Positions 37,655 through 50,734 of a DNA stretch of 64,000 bases are shown here, one piece after another. Location: the NCBI GenBank assembly GCA_965113315.1, contig OZ220363.1. The stretch is one strand, 5' to 3'. This DNA comes from Podarcis vaucheri. Its lineage: Eukaryota. The position numbers and the translations under genes were made by a program. Under the pieces are notes generated by a model, which was given only the letters and a program-made list of their open reading frames with translations, was not told the DNA's origin and ran no database searches. Every line of letters begins with the position of its first letter. The first letter of the stretch is position 1.

Positions 37655-40600
37655 TCTCACAAGATCTTATAAAAACCAGGTGAGTCAGCTCTAGGGGGCT
37701 GAGGTGTCTTCAGTCCCCTCAACTGTTGCTGCGAAAGGGCCAGACGCCCGCAGTTTTGAGGTGGGCCGGCACGTGTGTGTGATGTCACGCACATTGTGCA
37801 TCGCAGCTCCAGTAGCTGGCTCCTTCAGAGCACTTGGCCCCCTCCAGGCAATGCAACAGCGTGCACATGTTGTGCATTTGACATCACACACATGCAACCT
37901 GTGGGTGGTGTCACACGCATGCTATGTGCCAGGCCCCCTCAATTTTGGGGGCAACCTGGTGCCTCTGGTAAAGACCCTACGAGAGCTTGCACAACCTTCC
38001 CAAAGCCCGGCAAGTTAGGGATGGCCACACCTTACACACTTTTCCCCTTTGTGTGTTGAACCCCCGGAATGTAATCCTGATGTAAGGTTTGGGCCACCTG
38101 TACACAGCTATCTTCAATATAAATATGCAGTGACATCTAACATTGTGTGTGTGCTTCTGTTCATGCAATGGGGTTGTTTCCTCTTCTTCTCCTATCCCCC
38201 AAATCCCATCCAACCTCAAATCTGCTCCAGAGCCAAATTGTACAGGAACAGCTTTGCTAGAAAAGATGGAAACAGACTGAAGAATAGACAAATAGAAGAG
38301 GATGCCTTCACTCCAGTATGGCTCCCCTTTATCACATACACAGCCCAGCAAGACAACAACAATAACCCACTGACAGGATAGGAATCAATATGGCTTACTC
38401 GACCCAACGAGCCCTTCCCACTCCCTCACAAATGCAAACAAACCCCACTGCAGCCAGCCACAAACGAACAGCCACACCCTGGGTCCCCTTAACCCCTTTC
38501 ACTACCAAGGAAATGTAACAGGCAGATAGAAAGAGAGCCTATCCAGTTGACACTGACACAAAACCCCACACCTACACTATAAAAAGTCCCTCCCCCGTTT
38601 TCCTTTTTCTTCCCCAACCTTATACTGTACTCAACACTAAAGTCTCACAACAAATGTAACTGATCTGTAGAAAAGACTTAACAGCCTGATGCATGTACTT
38701 TTGTAAACCAAGAAAATCTTGGTGTTTTTTTTAAAAAAAACCCGCTGCTCCAGAGGGTTGGGGAATTCACCGCAGCAGATTTGGATATGCGTGGAGTGCT
38801 ACAAAATGGAAGGAAGGAAGGAGAAGTCCTATTGCACAAATAAAAATCCGTTACTCAGTCAGGCAGGGATCACCATTACAGTTTAACCTTCTGTACCACA
38901 GCGGACAAGAAGGGTTAAACTTAACAATTTCAACAGAAAACAAAAGGAAATTTGTTTACACCAGTGGAATCCAAACACATAGAAAAAACGTTCTAAAAAT
39001 GCTTTTTTTAAAGCATTTAAAAAAATAAATTGGATTTTCCATAAGGCTCACCATCGCCATCTAGTGTCACATTGTATATTGCACTTAAAACACACTTAAA
39101 ACGTTTTATTTGCAGCTGTATTTATTTGCAGTCCATGGTTACTAAAGAGGATCCCATGAATAGTACATTTATTTACTCTTCCTTTAAAGGGGAAAAGAAA
39201 ATCTAAAGAAACAAATCTTTCCTTTATACATTGCATGCTTGGAAAGTTGTAATTTCTTTTATTTCACTGATACAAATGTGTCTCCAGCCTACTTTGCAAT
39301 GGACCATGGAAATGGACCTTTAGTTCTCACATTTAACCTCAATATTTCTCACAACTTATTCAGAAAACATCTTATTTTAGAATGTTTCTTCTGTTGTTGT
39401 TTCTTTCCTTGGCTTTGCTCTCCCACACCCCTAAATGTGATAGTGGGCTTCCATCTACCACACAAAGCGAATACTTTATCAAATACAAAATAATAAAGTT
39501 TATTTACGCAACAGATATCAGCTATATTTACTAAATTTCAAAGAAGTATTGGCCTTTTCTTTTGCTGAGAAGAAGAAATGATGGGTAATTGCCAATCTTC
39601 AATGTGCTGTACTGATTTTTAAGTATGTTTTTCGAAGCTTTTGCTTTAAATTTTTGAGTGGATGAGCTAAAAATCTGTAAACTTCATAAGCTGAAAGATG
39701 CCTAATATAAAGCAGCAGCAAACTTATAATGAGAAGACTCTAGTGGGCTTGTGTACTGCTTAGGAAATCAATAGGAAGGAAAATAAAGGGGACTAAAGCA
39801 GATAAGATGAGCCCTTTTCTGAGTATATTTGATAAAGATTGGGAAATAATACATAGGAAAGAAATACTTAAATGAAAAATATAGACATAAAAAGAGCCCT
39901 AAAAGTAAACTAGACCTATATTAAAAACATAACAAGATGATAAATGGGAAAGTTACCCCATGCTTCATTTTTAGATAATGATCAAAGGTATACTTTTTTG
40001 AAAATATATAAAACTCTTTCCAATATAAATATAGAATTGAATTCTTGAAAGCTAGATCAATACTGCACTAGACAAGAATGGCTATGCTTAACAAGAGACA
40101 GAAATTATATAGAAAGTTGTTTTCAGTGGTACTAAAAAATAAAGCAGGAATTTAAACTTAACAAATACATGTTTCTTTGTGCACTGTATGGTTGCAGACT
40201 CATAATTTCTTTTGCTTCATTGAGAAAAAGGAATTCCCACATACTTTGCATATATTCACTGAAATAAATTCCAGATGGGTTGCTGCAAAAACAACAGAAG
40301 AATATTGTGGCACCTTCCAGATAATTCTAACATAAGTTTTTTTGTGAACCCATTGGGAGAACATTTTAGTCCCCCAAGTGCTCAGATACTGATATGAAAT
40401 TCACCATTCTTTCAGGAGAACCCAGCACTAAACTGCTGAACTGAAATTTATCATCAAGTTTGATTATATCTGTTTTAGACTTAATAGGGCTGAGTTTTAT
40501 TGCTTATCAGTGCTGTTGTGAATGGTTACTGTACTCATATGTGGTTCAGCTTTGCGTGGAAGTATCACAACCTGTATTTCTTGTGCTACATAGTCTTTTA

Positions 40601-41921
40601 GGCTCTCTAACTAAAGTAACTCAGTGTGATTTACACGTGAAATTACAGGGGAAAGTAGTCTCAAAATATAATTTGAGCAAGGTGGAAATGGTAGCACTCT
40701 TAGGATGGTGAACCCTTCACTGATCTTAGTGCCTGGGCAAATGTTCAAGCTTGCCACTGTCTGGAGTGAACCCTGGAGTATGCCTGCAGACTACTGAATT
40801 TTAACTTCCACCAGCTTCCTGTTTCCAGTGCGGCAGGAATGGAGTCTCCCCAACACCATGGGAGAGAGACAGACAGAGATAATCAAATAATGATGGGGGA
40901 ATTTCATTATCTGCTTTCGTCTTCGGCTGGAAGAGGGACTAGACTCTCACCCACAGTTTGTCTGGTGGTCTGGCACTCGCTTCCTCATGGAATGTGAGGG
41001 CAGGCAAAGGCACTGGGTGCACAGAACACTACGGCTGCCACGACTCCCCCCCCCCCATCCCATTCCTGGAAGCACAGCTTATCCTGTTAATTGGATTGTA
41101 ATTGAAGTAAACTACAGGCGCGTGCCAGAGACGATGAGATAAGAAACTGCGAAAACAACCCAGCTACAAGGATGTAAAAGGTTTGGACTAGGAGCAGATT
41201 TCATTTCATTATCTATTACACCAACACAAACAGAAATCACAAGATTGTAGCTCTTATATAAGGGTTTGTTATATCTGAATGGAATGGAAATTATTAAAAT
41301 TTTGGAATGCAGAAAAAAGGTAGAAGAATGAACTCATCAACTCTAGCATGTGAGGGGGCCAGTTTAAACAAATTGTATAATTTGACATCTGAATAAATGG
41401 CATTGATAATTGTATTACTTGGATAAAATTGGTATTGTTAGAATGAGGCTGCTATTGAAACGCTATTGGAAAATTAATAAAAATATATTTTAAAAAAGAA
41501 TAATATATAAAAAGATATATAATATATAACTTCCATCTGAAAATAAGCTAAATGTATATGCTTTCACAATTTATGTGTATGTAAAGTAATATTTGGCCCA
41601 TTTAAAGATTCATGATAAGATGTATTGTACAAATAACTACGGTAATTAGAACCTGCAGAAGCATTCTAAAATAAAACAAAAAAAATTAAACATTTGTTCA
41701 AATACAGTGTACCAACATTAATCTTTTCTCCATGAGATGCCATTATTCCTTGTGAAAATAGAAAACAAAGTGAGAGACTTCCAAGATATTTCTTGGCAGC
41801 ATACTAGCAAACAGGCTCCCTATAGCTTTACTACAAAAAAAGTTAGCTCTGTGAAGTGAAATAATTTACATACTAGTTAAAGAGAAATTTAATTGGGAAC
41901 TTGCTGAGGATGGTATTTTAC

Positions 41922-42129
41922 CTTTCACAAGCAACACAGATGCGTTTTCGTTAAAGCCAGGAACAAAAGTTGCTCCTTCACCTCGTTTTTCAGACTCCTG
42001 CTTTCTGAAATAATCATTTACAGCGCTCAAGACTAAATCCTTCAATGTAAGAATTAAGGTCCCTTCACTTGTGTACAGTCTACTTGCTGTCCTGTTAAGT
42101 TCAAGTCGTCTTGTGCATAAAGAAAGCAG
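41922..42129 (-). CDS. DCDC1: DCDC1 coding exon 8 of 14 (DCX-like domain)
   Basis: tgtag|CTG...G|gtaaat; 208 nt, phase 0 to 1; LLSLCTRRLELNRTASRLYTSEGTLILTLKDLVLSAVNDYFRKQESEKRGEGATFVPGFNENASVLLVK. Confidence 0.88.
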
Positions 42130-42377
42130 CTACAGAAGGGGAAAAGTTAATGACATATAATTAAGCTTACTAACTCCAAATATTTAATAAAAATGCTTAA
42201 ATTGCCATCCTCAGAGTTTTCTTTCTGTTATTTATTCCTCCAAACAGCATTTAGGCTCTCTCCCCTCCCTTTTCTCCTCACAGCTACCCTGAGATGTAGC
42301 TTCGGCTAGCAGAAGTTTACTCCAAGAGCTTCTTGGCAGAGTGGGTATTTGAACCTGGGTCACCTCAGTCCTAGTCT

Positions 42378-42491
42378 AAACTCGGCCCTCCAGATGTTTT
42401 GGGACTACAATTCCCATCATCCCTAGCTAACAGGACCAGTGGTCAGGGATGATGGGAGTTGTAGTCCCAAAACATCTGGAGGGCTGAGTTT
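42378..42491. mobile_element. Palindromic MITE (hairpin); degenerate relative at ~8855-8965
   Basis: ~47-bp inverted arms aaactcggccctccagatgttttgggactacaattcccatcatccct / agggatgatgggagttgtagtcccaaaacatctggagggctgagttt. Confidence 0.75.
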
Positions 42492-43556
42492 GGGGGTGCA
42501 TCTTTGTGTACCCTCACATTTTATAGGACGAGGACCAAACTACATGGGGCACTAAATGCATCACTTTTAAGTTGTGTCAGTAGTGGTTGGCGAAGTGGCG
42601 CAGGCAGGGTGGCACTGCTGGTTCCTGAGAAGGAAAAGGGTGAGGCACAGAGAGCTCAGTGTGGTCGTGTGGGTATGATGGCAGGAGCATCGTATTGGTT
42701 CGATTGCTGCTCCCACACTGCTCTAAGCTCTCTGTGCATCCCTCTCTCAGGAACCAGTAACAGATAGCGAAGCATGAGAAACATGAGAAAGGGGATTTTA
42801 ACAACAAAGGGGGTGCCAACAAAAACTGCCCCACAGTTGCTATTTGCATTAGATGGAAAGCTGCTAATGGTGCCAATGGGAGCTTTCTTCCCAATGCAAA
42901 CAACAATGTCAGGGGGATTTTTGTTGGCAGCACATCAGGAAAAACGGGTTAGTTGCTCCATCGCACCCCTTTTAGTTCAAGTCCCGGTGGTTCATTCTCC
43001 CTTCATCCCTCGCAGCTGTTATTTGCAACAGTAAAAACACTCATGAAACTTAAAGTGGTGCCTCTCTAAGGTCATATCTAATTTGTCCTTGAATGCACAA
43101 GATAATTGGTTCGGTCGTAGATATCAGCAATATGGAAACCTTTTGTTAAAGTCAATACCAGATAAACTTTTTTTCCAAACATGCATTAGCATTTAACATG
43201 AGATAATGACACGAGGGCAATTTAATGGTTTATGTTTATACTCTGTTGTCAAAACATTAAATGAGCCTCTTTACATATACTAGAGAACATGTCAGGGCCA
43301 ACACAAAACTTTTTGTTGCCTGGCAAAATAAATAAAAATTGTCTTTCCTTCCCTCGTGGAAGAAATAATAAAAATAGTTGATCAAAGCAGCAGTGCCAGG
43401 CGAGGATGTGTTAATCATTCTCCACCATACACCACACACTCACCCTATCTAACCCCTCTCCCTAGCTGTTAGCATGAGATTCTTGGCCATGATCTGATAC
43501 CTACTGCTTGTCCAGGTCAATTCTGTTAGGATGATCTCTAGAGGATTGCTACTCAC

Positions 43557-43760
43557 CATAGGAAATGTATTAGCAACAATTAGCTGCCCATTTCTGTAAC
43601 CAGCTCCATTTCTGTATGCAATAATTTTCACAGCTCTTTGGTTTACAGCTGCAGACATCTTTTCTGAGATTATTTGCAATGATGTTTCTGTCCTCAAAGA
43701 TGCTAGAAATTCTTCTAAATAATGTAAGGTGGATTCAGCTTCAGAAGTGGACAAATCAGT
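43557..43760 (-). CDS. DCDC1: DCDC1 coding exon 7 of 14 (start of a DCX-like domain)
   Basis: taaag|ACT...ATG|gtgagt; 204 nt; TDLSTSEAESTLHYLEEFLASLRTETSLQIISEKMSAAVNQRAVKIIAYRNGAGYRNGQLIVANTFPM. Confidence 0.9.
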
Positions 43761-44227
43761 CTTTAGGATAAAAGAAAGAAGATGCAATCATGACTTCTGT
43801 TAAAGTGAATTTTTAAATGGTAACTCACTGATTCAAGTGCTGTTCCTTGTGGGAAAATGATGTGACTATTATTTGCATATGTCACTATGAGTTGCACAGA
43901 GTTGTGAACTACACAGGACACCAAACTGAACTTTTATTAAAATACTACTGAGAGATATGCATAATATACTTCAATGGGATTACATGAACGAATGTTGGGG
44001 ATACACACAGATATAGGATGTCTTACTGTTATATTGATGAAATAAAAATATATATATTAAGCTGAACATATTGACTAAATCAGTAAAACAAAACAAAAAA
44101 GCCCTCACACTTCTGTGATGCCTTTATATGAAACTGAATGGAAATTGGATTTGGCCTTTGGTGAACAGACACTCCTGAACAAATGTTTTCGCTAACCTCC
44201 CCACATAATTAAGGTTACACCTTCGTT

Positions 44228-44377
44228 CAGTGCTTCCCCCCCCCCAAGAAAAATGTTCACGGGTACTCTCATTTTCCTACTCATACTGAAATATTGCCCC
44301 TCAATGAGGCCAAACTTAAGATTCACAAAATGTTTAGGGGTATGCTCACCCCTGCGTCTCCCCAGAAAAAAGCACTG
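44228..44377. mobile_element. hAT-type MITE
   Basis: TIR cagtgctt/aagcactg; 8-bp TSD ccttcgtt/ccctcgtt. Confidence 0.75.
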
Positions 44378-45273
44378 CCCTCGTTACATATTACATCTCA
44401 AAAGAAAATTACTCCTAGACTACTAACCAGGATTTTAAGCCCTTCTTTCTCAAATGTTCAGACAGTAAAAAAATTGCTTGTTATTTTGTCACTTGCATCC
44501 AGATGAATACCCCCCAACACAATTTTCTATATACTTTTTTTATTGTGGTAAGGCCTGAAAAGCTTCTTGTTGTGTGTTATGTTTATATCTCTGCTGTTCT
44601 GGCAATCAGTATATGTGCACCCAAGGGTCATATTGTCAACCATATTCCATGTTGTTGACTTTTAATAGGCTTATAAGCTTCTGGGGAAATGTTCTTTTCA
44701 TTGGCTACAGTGCAGTACTTAGTGGGAACCTTGCAAATTACAGAACTGCTCAGAGAATCTGACTATAAATATACCTTACGATTTAAAGCATTTTATAGAC
44801 AAATCTTTACATAGATGTGGCATAGGTTTTTTTTAAGAGAGCCAGAAAAATCATTTAAGAATGTGCTTATGTTAATTAATAAATTTAGCAGGGCATCTGG
44901 TCATAAGATTAACAAAATCTTACATTATGGATAGTATCCTTGGTGTGTGTTTGAATATAGCAGTAAAGATAAAGTGTGGGGAGATAATTATAGAAAAAGT
45001 GGGGAGAGCATTATAAAATAATTATATGGTATTGGCTAGTATTGTTGCATTTTACAGATTATAACTATATTTGATTTCTATCCAGCCTTTTTGTTTGACA
45101 GGGACTCAAGGTGGCTCACAGCTCAAAACAGAAAAGAAAATCATTTAAAAAACAATTAAACATTAATAGAATACATATATGACCTGTGTTAATAAATACA
45201 AACCATTACAATAAAAACAACATAGCACCAGCCCTTTCCTTAAAAATAGTCAGTTCCCCAAAGCCTCCTGAAA

Positions 45274-45500
45274 CAATAATATAATAATAATAATTTATTA
45301 TTTGTACCCTGCCCATCTGGCTGGGTTTCCCCAGAGACTCTGGGCGGCTTCCATCAGAGATTAAAAATATATTAAAACACCAATAATTAAAAGCCTCCTT
45401 AACAAGAATGTCTTCACCTGCTGGCAGAAGTACAAGGAGGGAGCCAGTCTAATTTCTCTAGGAAGGAAGTTCCAGAGTCTGAGAGCAGCTACCAGATAGG
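45274..45500 (-). mobile_element. L2-type 3' end with (TTA)n tail; related tail at ~27520-27590 (+)
   Basis: aataataatttattatttgtaccctgcccatctggctgggtttccc. Confidence 0.6.
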
Positions 45501-45860
45501 AAACTCTGGCTCAGAAACAATGCTTTGATCAAAGTAGGATTTTAACTTAATCCACAATTCAACTCCAGAACCTGATTTTAATGCCAGGGTAAGTTTTAAA
45601 ATGTTTAAAATTATACTTAAAGTGAAATAGCCCTAAAGCATGTGCAGAATACCTAAGTCCATATTAACCTGTGTCTAGTATTTTCCAGCAAGAAAAATTG
45701 TGAATCTAATCTCATTTTAATCTCCAGACTGAAATACAGATTGCCAATGTTTCAAAGTAATCTGCAAGAAAAGGCTTAACATTGCCAGCTAATGGATTAC
45801 ACTAAATGCATATATACATGGCAGGAGGTGTCACTGAAAAGCAGGAACACTGTCACAAAC

Positions 45861-46046
45861 CTTGTTAACATCAAGACACTTATAGGGCCAGATGGATAAA
45901 TGCTTTCCTTCCTCAGAACCAGAGGCACAGGAGAATACAGTACCAGGGAGCAACTTTTTCAGGTCCTTCTTTCCTCTTATGGTCCTTGCACAAGCCAAGC
46001 ATATCTTTACCTTCTGCTTTCCACACAGTGAAAGAAAATAGTAGCC
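45861..46046 (-). CDS. DCDC1: DCDC1 coding exon 6 of 14
   Basis: tatag|GGC...AAG|gtttgt; 186 nt, phase 0 to 0; GYYFLSLCGKQKVKICLACARTIRGKKDLKKLLPGTVFSCASGSEEGKHLSIWPYKCLDVNK (a different frame from the ORF-track call). Confidence 0.85.
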
Positions 46047-46395
46047 CTATAAATAAAAATGGTTGAAACCAATTAAAAATGGGGGTTGGGAAGGGCAGAA
46101 CCCATAATAAAAATGCAGTGATCCAATATGACATTTATTATTCAAAAACTTGTCTACATCCAAAATGTTCAGAAAATACTAAGATGTATTTGTATTAAAT
46201 ACATATAAACAAATACAAATATTTTTCTAACTTTTTGGATACAGACAGCAAGTTTTTGAATAACAGATGTCATATTCACTTTCTTTTTTTTTGCCGGGGG
46301 GGAGCAGGTAACATTTCCCTAAAAAGTATATATTTTTATTATAACTTTTTTAAAATGTTGCAGCTGTTCCATTCCATTTCTGTTAAAATGGAATC

Positions 46396-46827
46396 TGTAA
46401 TGTGTATGGGTTGCTCGTGCGTAAGTTGCCGCCTCTCCACGCTTTGTTGCCTTGCTAAACCTTTCAGTCTGGGCAGCCCTTCACTTCGTGGCTGCCTCAG
46501 TCGCTAGCAGAATCCGTCAGTGGGCGTTTCTTAAATCTTTTCCAACATAAAAGTTGTTTGACACCCAGTCTCCTCCTACTCTCTCTGCGCGGAAGTCTTC
46601 TGCGCAGGGTGGGCGTGGGTAGCGGAGAACCCGTGCTCTCCCCGCTGGTGTCCGGTGAAGAGTCCTGGAGCCCTCTCGCCGATTCCCCCATCAGCCCCTC
46701 TATATCCCTGGTGTTGCGCTGATTTGCTTCCCCATCTGCGGAGCTGCCTCTCTCCCTGCTGGGCCCTTCTCCAGCATCATTTGAGAGCCTTCCCTCCGCC
46801 TCTAGCTCCGATGTCAGTTCCCTGACA
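46396..46827 (-). mobile_element. Solo LTR (432 bp, Gypsy-like) containing a 109-codon ORF
   Basis: TGTCA...TTACA ends; perfect 5-bp TSD gaatc at 46391-46395 and 46828-46832; homologous to 54889-55321. Confidence 0.8.
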
Positions 46828-47549
46828 GAATCCTTGGTTGTTGTTTTTAAATGCACATTTATAGAACGGATGAGTACCTGGGAGTAAGTCTGAGTGAGCT
46901 CAGTGAGGCTTATTCCTGGGTAGACATTTGTGTGAATGTATTCTGAAGTAACATAAACGTTTAAAATGCTTGGGCATTTTTTCTTTTCAAGTCTTAATGT
47001 GGTGCCACAAAGACTGTAATGTCAATGCCAAGCATACCTTTTTGTGGAGGGCGCGCCAAAGATGGGGTGCCACTGTGAAAAAGAAAAGCACTCAGAGAAG
47101 GGCCTCAACCAAAGATTTTATGACACAGATAGGCTGATATGAGATGACTCCTGCCTATATTTAGGTCCCAAGACATTTAGGGCTTTGAAGGCCAATTTCA
47201 CTTGAACTGAACCAGTCATGAAGGTCCAGACAAACCAACTGTAACATGAGATAACAATAAAGTGGTGGGGATCGGTGTGATTCACCCCCCCCCCAAAGTA
47301 GAAACAGGTTTGCAAAGGCTACACAATGGTATGAACTGACAGAAAAGCAGCTTCCATGTTGATGTTTTAGTACCTGAACCACACTATTTGTTAAGATGGA
47401 TAATCTCCTCATGTTTCCCATAAAATCCATATAATCACATTGGGGTACTTTGTACCCTTTCACTGATCCCATTCACTTCAATGAGATCTGTGAAGAAGAA
47501 CTTCCCAATAGCTTCACAAAATGAACATAAAACAATGCAACAACTTCCA

Positions 47550-48050
47550 GGGGGTGTAGCTGTTTTTGCTGCAAGATGCTAACTCAACAAAGAGTCTTGT
47601 AGCACATTAAGATTTACACATTTATTATGTCATAAGCTTTCATCAAATGCATGAAATTGTGTCCTGAGTGGCAGGTACGCCACACACTTGTAAGCAGTGA
47701 GATCAGAAGGAAAGGAAATGTAGAAAAACCTAGATGGTGATAATTACCTTATTAACAGTGACTACCCACAAGGAACAATAGTTGAAAACGCAAACATTTT
47801 GGTATTGGTATGTCAACTGGTGTGCTAAACTAAAGTTCCACTGCACCAATTCAATCCACAATGTGATAACATTGAATGCTCTCAGATTGCCATCTGCATT
47901 TAAATTTGTTTGTTCAAGGATGACCACCTTAATATTAGTTACAATATGTTTAGGAATAGTGAAAAGTCCCCCAACCAGCGTTTCAGTCTCCCTGAAGACA
48001 ATCAAATTGTCATAATAAATTTATTAGTCTTTATTGTGCCATAAAACAAT
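47550..48050. mobile_element. Penelope-like remnant; similar pieces at ~40270-40345 and ~53800-54330
   Basis: aaagagtcttgtagcacattaagatttacacatttattatgtcataagcttt terminal motif recurs in degenerate form. Confidence 0.4.
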
Positions 48051-48274
48051 GTGTTTTCTAAGAGTGTGCATGAATCACATGATTTTACACTAGCCTGATT
48101 CCTGCCTTATCCTTGTTCCTTCTGTTAACCACAGACAACAAGAAGCGGAATATTTGATATCTCTTTCTATTGGGTATTGGTGCACAGATACATCTAGACA
48201 TGTCTACATAGCCACCCTTTTGATTTAGCGAAGTCAAATTTCTCTAGTCTATACAGAAAACAAAAATTACTTAC

Positions 48275-48445
48275 TGGTTGGTCAATTTTCTCCATGCTGG
48301 CCACGGAAAATGTGCAAATCGAAGAATAATTTGCTGCTGTGATTTCTTGATCCAGGGTTGTGCTGTAAAAGGCACTAATAACCTTTGTAGTTTCCATGTA
48401 ATTCCACCTTTGATTGGCAGCTCCATTTTTACATTCTTTGTGTTT
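48275..48445 (-). CDS. DCDC1: DCDC1 coding exon 5 of 14
   Basis: cacag|AAA...CCA|gtaagt; 171 nt, phase 0 to 0; KHKECKNGAANQRWNYMETTKVISAFYSTTLDQEITAANYSSICTFSVASMEKIDQP. Confidence 0.9.
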
Positions 48446-48579
48446 CTGTGAGAACATAAAATAGGCCATCCTGTTTTAAGATTATTATTATTTTTTGCGT
48501 TCTCTCTCTCCAAACTGGTATTTTTAAAGAAAATGTTTTAAAATATTCAGGTTTATCTGGTAAGATATATACCTTCCCG

Positions 48580-48634
48580 CTTCTTCTTCTTCTTCTTCTT
48601 CTTCTTCTTCTTCTTCTTCTTCTGCTTCTTCTTC
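48580..48634 (+). repeat. (TTC)n microsatellite
   Basis: Direct reading. Confidence 0.95.
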
Positions 48635-48715
48635 AGCATCCTGCTGGTTTTTAGCCTTGTTGTACATACAGTTATAATAGCACCCTTCCTGGACAGGGAT
48701 CACTTGGCCACTATC

Positions 48716-49295
48716 ACACATGCATTGGTGACCTCATGTCTGGATTACTGCAATGTATTCTATGTGGGGCTTCCCTTGTAGCTGGTCTGGAGGCTGCAGC
48801 TGATGCAGAATGCTGCAGCTCGGGTAATGACTGGTGTTCCTTATCAGAGGTATCACACTAGTGCTGAGGGGCCTGCAAGGGCTGCCTATTAGCTACTGAG
48901 CCAGTTTTAAGGTTCAGCTGCTTAAATACAAAGCCCTAAATAACTCTGGACCAGGTTACCTAAAAAACTACCTTCTTCCTTGCACAGTAAGGGCACTATG
49001 TTCACCTAATGAAATCTGTTAAGGTGAATGTTATGGAATACCCTCCCTGTTGAAATGCAGAAGGCCCCATCAGAGTTGCTATTATGTGCCAACACACCTG
49101 TTTAGGCAAGCATTCTTCCCTTGAACTGAACTTCTGATGCTATTGTTTTAACCATTTCCAAGTGTGCTAATTATTATGTTTTTAATCTTTCATTGTATAT
49201 TTTAATTAAGGATGTTTTAATGTCAGTGTTAATTATAAGTTCATTTTATAGTTGTAAACTACTTAGAAGCCACTTTGACATATAAGCAGTGTAAA
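48716..49295 (+). mobile_element. Old L2-type LINE 3' fragment
   Basis: catgcattggtgacctcatgtctggattactgcaatg (decayed HALVTSRLDYCN) and cagaatgctgcagctcgg (QNAAAR). Confidence 0.65.
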
Positions 49296-49322
49296 ACTAT
49301 ATAAGCACACAAACAGTTTTAC

Positions 49323-49437
49323 CTGAAGGACGACAGGACACCCTTGCATTTCCAGAGGACTCTTTGGATACCCATTGAGTATGCTGGGCATCGATACTGC
49401 TAGCACTAATTGGGGGTCCAGCACAAGATGAAATGTC
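49323..49437 (-). CDS. DCDC1: DCDC1 coding exon 4 of 14
   Basis: cccag|G...CAG|gtaaaa; 115 nt, phase 2 to 0; TFHLVLDPQLVLAVSMPSILNGYPKSPLEMQGCPVVLQ (too short for the ORF track). Confidence 0.85.
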
Positions 49438-50273
49438 CTGGGAACAGAAAGGTCAGGTGGAAATCAGAAGACAGTTTTTTTAAAAAAAGTTTTTTTCATT
49501 GCTAAATGTATATCTTACTTTTAGATTCTTTGAAAGATATATTTCTCAGTAATAACATTGAACTGGTTCTACACAAAGCACTGCATGGACATTTTAATGC
49601 CACAGAGTGCAGCAGTGAGTCTTAGGGATTGCTCACCCTCATCCCCAGAGTGTGACCTCAAGGGGCTTCATCTTCTGTCTCCAAAGTTCTGTGACAGTGA
49701 GGTGAGAAGGAAAGAGTGAGAAGAAAAGGTGGGAGGTGACAAGGAAAGGTTTCTTGTAAAGGACTTGGAAGTTTTGTTGAATTTTGCTAAGTAAATAAAT
49801 AATTAAAAACAATAAATAGGCACCATCCGTGTAACATGGCGCTTTACAAAAAGTTGAGATGACAAGTCCTTGCCCCAAGGGGCTTATAATGTAGAACTTG
49901 ATGGGAGGGATTCAACAGACAAAGGGAAAGGGTAAAGAAGAATAAAATATTGGGTTATTGCAGTTACACATACTAAGGCTGAGCTATGCACAAGGGTTCA
50001 CAGAAAGTGTAGCATATTTAAGACTAAAATGCAGGGTCTTTTGTAAACGGAATTTTTAATTTTGGCTGTTTTCTTAGCCCCTTGTCTAAGATGCTTTCAT
50101 TTTTGAAAGACCTTCTTAGAAAATGTTAGAACTAGCTGGTGGTTGAGGCCCGCAATATCTGCACTTGAAGAACAAGTGAAATGGAAAAGTAACTTAGCCT
50201 GATTGGAAGTCCCGCTAATAATGCAATTTAATTCTTGTGAAATTCTACCACATTTCCGACAGTGAACGTTCAC

Positions 50274-50477
50274 CTGCTATCCTCTCTCCATATCCAGTGT
50301 TGATTGATACTGTCACATTTCTTTTCCAACAAAACCACTTCAGCGCCAGAGCGCAGATCAGAATTCTCCACACCTAAAGCAAGATTTCGAAAGCTACAGT
50401 TGATAATCTTCCCATTTCTAAATTCAAACTGTTGATGATGAGTTTTCTGCAAATCTTCAGTCAGTTTAGGCTGATGC
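50274..50477 (-). CDS. DCDC1: DCDC1 coding exon 3 of 14 (ricin-B-lectin-like region)
   Basis: ttcag|G...AG|gtgaac; 204 nt, phase 2 to 2; HQPKLTEDLQKTHHQQFEFRNGKIINCSFRNLALGVENSDLRSGAEVVLLEKKCDSINQHWIWREDS, with a QxW motif. Confidence 0.88.
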
Positions 50478-50734
50478 CTGAAGTAAACAAAAAGACATAG
50501 AGCTGCAGAAAAATGCTCTGTAAATATTTCATTGCATGGTAATGGACAAAAAAGAGCAAGGCAAATGGAGTGTGCCAAAACTTCGTTTACTTCTACAACT
50601 TGTGCTTTTGACATCTGAATTCAGATACAAACCATAATACAAAGAAAGTTGAGCACAGATATTGAGAAATTGGGTAGGTGGAAAGGTGAAATTGTGGAAA
50701 GAGAGATCAACTGAAAGTATAGAATGGTCTAGAG

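Noticed and set aside
45653-45761. AG...GT-bounded segment as an extra DCDC1 exon
   Set aside because: Stops in all three minus-strand frames, and the flanking exons already join in frame.
48524-48721. Poly-Glu ORF
   Set aside because: It is the translation of the intronic (TTC)n microsatellite.
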